Part shown: positions 36,985 through 41,050 of the stretch, in pieces
Position numbering within the stretch: position 1 is the first letter of the stretch
Layout: each line of letters starts with the position of its first letter
Virus record (IMG/VR): IMGVR_UViG_3300044229_003513
Coordinates: 1 to 41,050 of that record
Origin: a virus
Lineage: Duplodnaviria; Caudoviricetes
DNA: 41,050 bases
Reading direction: 5' to 3' (one strand)
Notes under the pieces: generated by a model
The model's database searches: none
What the model was told of the DNA's origin: nothing
What the model saw: only the letters and a program-made list of their open reading frames with translations
Made by a program: the position numbers and the translations under genes

Positions 36985-37272
36985 TTGAGCAAATATAAAG
37001 ACTTTGATCACAGAAAATCAATCCACGTCAAGCTCTTGACAGAGACCCACGCAGCTTTTAGAATAGAACTCATTAGAAAGAAACTCTCAATGCAAGAAGT
37101 CTTTGAGGATTTCGCACAAAGAGTAGTTAGAGGCGATGGATTTGCCCACAGGGTTTTAGACACCATAGCTAGAAAGAAGCGTGAGAGACACATCGAAAGA
37201 CTTTCAGACACAGATGCTGAGTCAATATTTGATGCCATCGAAGACACAAACTTGGATCCGGATGATATCTAA
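36985..37272 (+). CDS. Ribbon-helix-helix-like DNA-binding protein
   Basis: KSIHVKL beta strand followed by two helices (ETHAAFRIEL, SMQEVFEDF). Confidence 0.55.
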   Translation: MSKYKDFDHRKSIHVKLLTETHAAFRIELIRKKLSMQEVFEDFAQRVVRGDGFAHRVLDTIARKKRERHIERLSDTDAESIFDAIEDTNLDPDDI

Positions 37273-37545
37273 ATGTTTGGGAGAAAAAACAAGTCAGAAA
37301 AATCAAGAAATCAAGCTCTGCAGCAAAAAGTTGATACTCTTGAACAAACAGTTAAATCACTTGTTGATGCGATCGAGATAATTAATAATCGCCTAGACAA
37401 GCATGTGGAGTTCATTTCGTCAGTAAGCAAGACCAATAGTTTAATTTTAAAAATTTTAGATTTTCAAAATTCTCCTAAGGGTAACGACAGTGATGATGTG
37501 AAGTTCCTCGGCTTTGTTTATGACGAAGATGAGGAGGAAAAATGA
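37273..37545 (+). CDS. Coiled-coil hypothetical protein
   Basis: Heptad pattern LQQKVDTLEQTVKSLVDAI. Confidence 0.6.
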   Translation: MFGRKNKSEKSRNQALQQKVDTLEQTVKSLVDAIEIINNRLDKHVEFISSVSKTNSLILKILDFQNSPKGNDSDDVKFLGFVYDEDEEEK

Positions 37546-37727
37546 TGCCAGCATTTGTTGACAAACATGTTTCTAAATTTATATCAAGAAAGTTCTTGGT
37601 GTGGCTTTGTTCTTGTGGTTTTCTTTATGGCGAGCTTCTTACCGGAGAGCAGTGGACTTTCCTTTCTGTTGTTTATATCGGCGGCCAAGCGGCCATTGAT
37701 GCGTTTTTGAAATGGAAAGGTAGATGA
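37542..37727 (+). CDS. Small two-TM protein, holin-like
   Basis: SRKFLVW followed by two hydrophobic segments and a basic C-terminus; GAGGAGG SD. Confidence 0.55.
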   Translation: MMPAFVDKHVSKFISRKFLVWLCSCGFLYGELLTGEQWTFLSVVYIGGQAAIDAFLKWKGR

Positions 37728-38122
37728 AGTCTGTGTTAAAATCAGTAAAGAAACTTTGGGTTTCTTCAAAAGCAACCATTTTAATCTTTGGCGCTTTTAT
37801 GGTTGGGCTAGGTCTTTTGTTTTTGCTACGCGGTAAAGACGTTGATCCTTGGGAGATTTTAAACGAGCAAAAGAAGGCTCGTGACAAGGAACTTGAAGCA
37901 ATCGAAGGTGCACATCAAGAGCTAGCTAAGAGAAACGCAGAGATCGATAAGAATCTAAAAAATACCTTAAAAGAGATCGATCAAAAGTACGCAGAAGAAA
38001 ATAAAAAACTTGATAAGAAAACCAAAAAACAAATAGAAAAAATAGTCAAAGATACAAGTCTCAGCCCAGAAGAATTAGCTAAAAAATTAGCTGAAGCTAC
38101 GGGTTTATCTTTGGACAAGTAA
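37724..38122 (+). CDS. N-terminal TM anchor plus coiled coil (i-spanin-like architecture)
   Basis: One TM helix then a long K/E-rich helix; ATGA-coupled to the holin-like gene. Confidence 0.5.
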   Translation: MKSVLKSVKKLWVSSKATILIFGAFMVGLGLLFLLRGKDVDPWEILNEQKKARDKELEAIEGAHQELAKRNAEIDKNLKNTLKEIDQKYAEENKKLDKKTKKQIEKIVKDTSLSPEELAKKLAEATGLSLDK

Positions 38123-38159
38123 GAGATATAATGCAAAGTAAATTGGATGGAGTATACCA

Positions 38160-39191
38160 ATGAGTGAATTTGATTTTGTTGACCACTATGAAGACCAGGA
38201 AGAGTCTGCAAATCTTCTTCCTGAAAACGAAGCTGAGTCTGCAATTAATTGTGCCTTTATTGGCGTCGGTGGCGGCGGCTGCAAGATTGCTAAAGGATTT
38301 TTAGATTTAGGTTTTACAAAGACTCTTTTGATCAACACGACAGACAAGGATTTTCAAGCAGGAATCGACAAGGATCACTTGCTAGCACTCCCGGGCGCTG
38401 ATGGCGTTGCAAAGAACATTGAACTCGGGCGCAAGGTACTCAATGAAAACAGCGCACTGGTCGAAGATGCACTGCGCACTAGGCTTGGCAAGGTTGACTG
38501 GCTTTTCGTTTGTGCAGGTGGCGGCGGAGGGACTGGTTCTTCTGCAGCAATCTTGGATCCTGTTTTTAAGCGCTTTCTTGAGATCAATGAAGCATCTGGT
38601 AAAGTTGTTTATGTTGTGACATCACCCACATCTCAAGAGAAGTTAAACGCAACTATTAAGAGTAACGCTAAGTCACTAGAGGCAGACGTTGCAGATAACC
38701 CTCACATCGTGCTTGACAACGAGCGCCAGCTAAACTCTTTCCGTGGCAAGGTAGGAGTTCTCGGTCTTTACCCTGCTGCGAATAAAGCATTTGCTAAAAT
38801 GTTCTGGCAGCTTTTGCGCCTTGCATGCGAGCAATCACCAATCCAAGCTTTTGACGGCAAGGACCTTGAGAGATTCCTCAGTGCAACAGGTAGAATTGTT
38901 TTGGGGTCTGCTATCGTGCAACCAAGCACAAATCTTGGTGTTGAACTTTATCAGAGCTGTATCAACAACTCTCCATGCCCAAAACCAACAGGGCATGCTG
39001 AAACCGGTGTTCTTTTACAGGTAATTACTGAAGATCACGCTAACGATGTTGATATTAGCGGTCACTTGGAAGCCGCCACTGCATACGTCGGCGGAAGAAC
39101 CAACACCCTGTTCTCAGGAATTTATGTTCGTGACGCTTTACCCGGGCTTGTAAGTGTTATGGCACTTGCAGGATTGCCATGCGACAACTAA
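38160..39191 (+). CDS. Tubulin/FtsZ-family GTPase (PhuZ/TubZ/CetZ-like)
   Basis: FIGVGGGGCKIA, INT, GADGVAKN, AGGGGGTGSS signature, VLDNE. Confidence 0.9.
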   Translation: MSEFDFVDHYEDQEESANLLPENEAESAINCAFIGVGGGGCKIAKGFLDLGFTKTLLINTTDKDFQAGIDKDHLLALPGADGVAKNIELGRKVLNENSALVEDALRTRLGKVDWLFVCAGGGGGTGSSAAILDPVFKRFLEINEASGKVVYVVTSPTSQEKLNATIKSNAKSLEADVADNPHIVLDNERQLNSFRGKVGVLGLYPAANKAFAKMFWQLLRLACEQSPIQAFDGKDLERFLSATGRIVLGSAIVQPSTNLGVELYQSCINNSPCPKPTGHAETGVLLQVITEDHANDVDISGHLEAATAYVGGRTNTLFSGIYVRDALPGLVSVMALAGLPCDN

Positions 39192-39619
39192 TTTCTTTCG
39201 CCTGCTTGATGTCTTTGCTCACCCCTGGCGTTGTTCAGGCTGAGTGTGCACAGATCTCGCCGATAAAGAAAGATGAAATTGCGGCTTGCGACGGAGTTTT
39301 AATTAGATCCGACGCAGTTCCAAGCGTCATTGTTAATCTAACTTCTGCTGACGAAAAATGCAATCTTAAATTAAAAAAACAGCAAGAAAAATCAGATGCT
39401 TGGTGCAATGCAGAAAAGCTTAAACTTGTTGAGAGGATTAGGGTCTCTTCTGAGCTTAATAAAAAGCGCATAAGTATCAAAAATGATCAAATAGCTTTTC
39501 TAACAGGAGAGATAAGAAGGCTAAAGGAACCCAGAACAGGATATTGGATCGCAGCGGGCGTAATTGCTGGTGTCGGGATGACTGTTGCAGCAGCTTGGTC
39601 GCTTAATCAAGTTAAGTAG
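39179..39619 (+). CDS. Exported protein with signal peptide, coiled coil and C-terminal TM helix
   Basis: Signal ending VQA, several Cys, C-terminal WIAAGVIAGVGMTVAAAW. Confidence 0.6.
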   Translation: MRQLISFACLMSLLTPGVVQAECAQISPIKKDEIAACDGVLIRSDAVPSVIVNLTSADEKCNLKLKKQQEKSDAWCNAEKLKLVERIRVSSELNKKRISIKNDQIAFLTGEIRRLKEPRTGYWIAAGVIAGVGMTVAAAWSLNQVK

Positions 39620-39640
39620 CTATTATTTCTGACAGAAACG

Positions 39641-39647
39641 ATATTTA
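39641..39647 (+). promoter_or_regulatory. Candidate late promoter ATATTTA
   Basis: Intergenic, before GGAG SD and ATG 39674. Confidence 0.6.
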
Positions 39648-39673
39648 TAACTGGATTGTCTCCGGAGATTTAA

Positions 39674-41050
39674 ATGTCTATTAAGGTAACAGAAAGAGCC
39701 GTTCGAGAACTTGTTAAGAGTCTGCTCGAGCAAGATATAAGCCCATCACCTGTTGATGGATCGTCTATGATGCAGCTTCCTATTGAAGCAGACCCAGTGG
39801 TTGGGGAAGAAGATTTAGGCCCACCCGTTCAAGATGCGAACTATAAACCAACTGACCATGACGAGTTAATGGTGGCAGCAGAAAAATTACTTTCTGATGT
39901 GCCTGAGAATTTAATTCCTGCAGTGTTTAAAGCGATAAGAAAACTGGTAGACAAAGCTCTTAGAATAGCTAAAGAACGTGCAGAGATGAATCCTCAAGAT
40001 ATCGTTTCTGAGCAAGCCAACATTCTTCCACTTCTAGAAGCAATAGTAGAGCAAATGATGCCCTACACTGTTGATATTGACGCAGCAAAGGGCGTTGGAT
40101 ATGACGATCCTGATCTTGAGAGAATCAAGATGAGGGGCGAGGAAGAGGACGATGAGGAGGAAGAAGTTCCCGCTGAACCTGAGCAGAAGCAAGCACCTCA
40201 GCCTCCAGGTAGAAAAATTTATGCAGTTGTCCCGCCAAAAGAAAAAGTAACAGCGTATACAGGCCAGGTTGACGACGAAGAAGAAGAGCAGCCAGATGCA
40301 GATTTAGCAGCAATGATAGGTGACCAGCCTAGAGTTTCTAAGGCGCAAAGAGAGAAGCAGCGCAAAGAAAAAGAAGCTCAAGCAAAACACAGTGCAGAGC
40401 AATCTCGTGTTGCAGTTGAATTAACTGCTAAATCTGACGAGCAAAAAGTTAACATTGCCAAAAAGCTTTTCGCAGATGACGAAGAGCTTATCGCAAAAAT
40501 AGACAAGCTCGAAGACAACAGAATGCTCGATACACTTCTCTCGCCAGATCAAGTAATTGACGTCGAAGAAGAATTTATAAAGTCTGATCTTGGGCAAGAA
40601 CTTGAGTCTCTTCCAACGATGACTTACAAGGATATGCCAGAAGCGCTAAGAGGAAAATATGCACCCATCATGCTTGATGTAGGTAAATCAATTTCAAACA
40701 GCGCATTCAGAAACATTAGAGATGCTGGTTTCATGAAGTTCTTGGCAGGTTTGGCTATGGGAGCTGACAAATTCCAAGAAGAACTTCTTTCAATAACTCA
40801 AGATGTTCCAGTAGAAGCAAAACCAATTCAAAAATTCTTGCTTGCTTCTCTTCCCTGGTCTGCTGAGTTTAAGAAAGAAGTTAAAAAAGCAGGCAAGATG
40901 CCAGAGCTTGATCCAGATGCCGCAGCTGATGTTTTAAATTATATGCGTCAAAACGAAGAAGGCGCCAAGGAAGGTGGAACTCTGCTTGATGATTACACTT
41001 CGCTTGTTCACTACTACCTCGCAGTTAGAGATAGTTTTCCAGGCGCTGTC
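39674..41050 (+). CDS. Large acidic hypothetical protein, 3'-truncated (putative virion internal protein); not in the ORF track
   Basis: GGAG SD and ATG at 39674; frame open to the window end (MSIKVTERAVRELVKSLLEQ...); ATATTTA upstream. Confidence 0.8.
   Translation, partial: MSIKVTERAVRELVKSLLEQDISPSPVDGSSMMQLPIEADPVVGEEDLGPPVQDANYKPTDHDELMVAAEKLLSDVPENLIPAVFKAIRKLVDKALRIAKERAEMNPQDIVSEQANILPLLEAIVEQMMPYTVDIDAAKGVGYDDPDLERIKMRGEEEDDEEEEVPAEPEQKQAPQPPGRKIYAVVPPKEKVTAYTGQVDDEEEEQPDADLAAMIGDQPRVSKAQREKQRKEKEAQAKHSAEQSRVAVELTAKSDEQKVNIAKKLFADDEELIAKIDKLEDNRMLDTLLSPDQVIDVEEEFIKSDLGQELESLPTMTYKDMPEALRGKYAPIMLDVGKSISNSAFRNIRDAGFMKFLAGLAMGADKFQEELLSITQDVPVEAKPIQKFLLASLPWSAEFKKEVKKAGKMPELDPDAAADVLNYMRQNEEGAKEGGTLLDDYTSLVHYYLAVRDSFPGAV

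Noticed and set aside
1-41050. All minus-strand ORFs and short nested plus-strand alternative-frame ORFs in the track
   Set aside because: They lie inside well-supported + strand genes, lack SD sites or recognisable motifs, and look like shadow ORFs.
1-41050. Stop-codon reassignment (seen in some jumbo phages)
   Set aside because: Long conserved genes are intact in code 11, and TAA, TAG and TGA all terminate genes at sensible domain ends.
1-41050. Cellular chromosome or NCLDV origin
   Set aside because: No ribosomal or core operons. SD sites, DnaE, amidase, fibre genes and one-strand dense packing favour a large phage, although no capsid or terminase gene is in the window.
1-41050. tRNA or rRNA genes
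   Set aside because: Intergenic gaps are short and none shows a cloverleaf or T-loop motif by eye.

Overview
This window looks like a 41-kb segment of a large (jumbo-type) dsDNA bacteriophage genome. Genes are densely packed and all credible ones lie on the + strand in standard genetic code. It carries replication genes (5'-3' exonuclease, DnaB, DnaE, DinG-like helicase), an unusually rich nucleotide-metabolism set, host-like genes (ClpP, PDZ-less RseP, PLP aminotransferase, SOD-like protein, outer-membrane beta-barrel), two paralogous fibre proteins, an amidase with holin-like membrane genes, and a tubulin/FtsZ-family GTPase. Two systems stand out. (1) A candidate pyrimidine DNA-modification pathway: a dNMP kinase fused to a minimal thymidylate-synthase fold with the cytosine-specifying Asp, a ThyX homologue with Cys at the conserved Ser, tandem all-alpha dNTP pyrophosphatase domains plus a HAD nucleotidase, an NDT-family glycosidase and two NDP-sugar epimerases. 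(2) A recurrent ATA[T/G/C]TTA upstream motif (candidate late promoter) that precedes proteins carrying short L/I-x-E helical tags, suggesting capsid-packaged, protease-processed enzyme cargo. All calls come from motifs recognised by eye; no database search was run.
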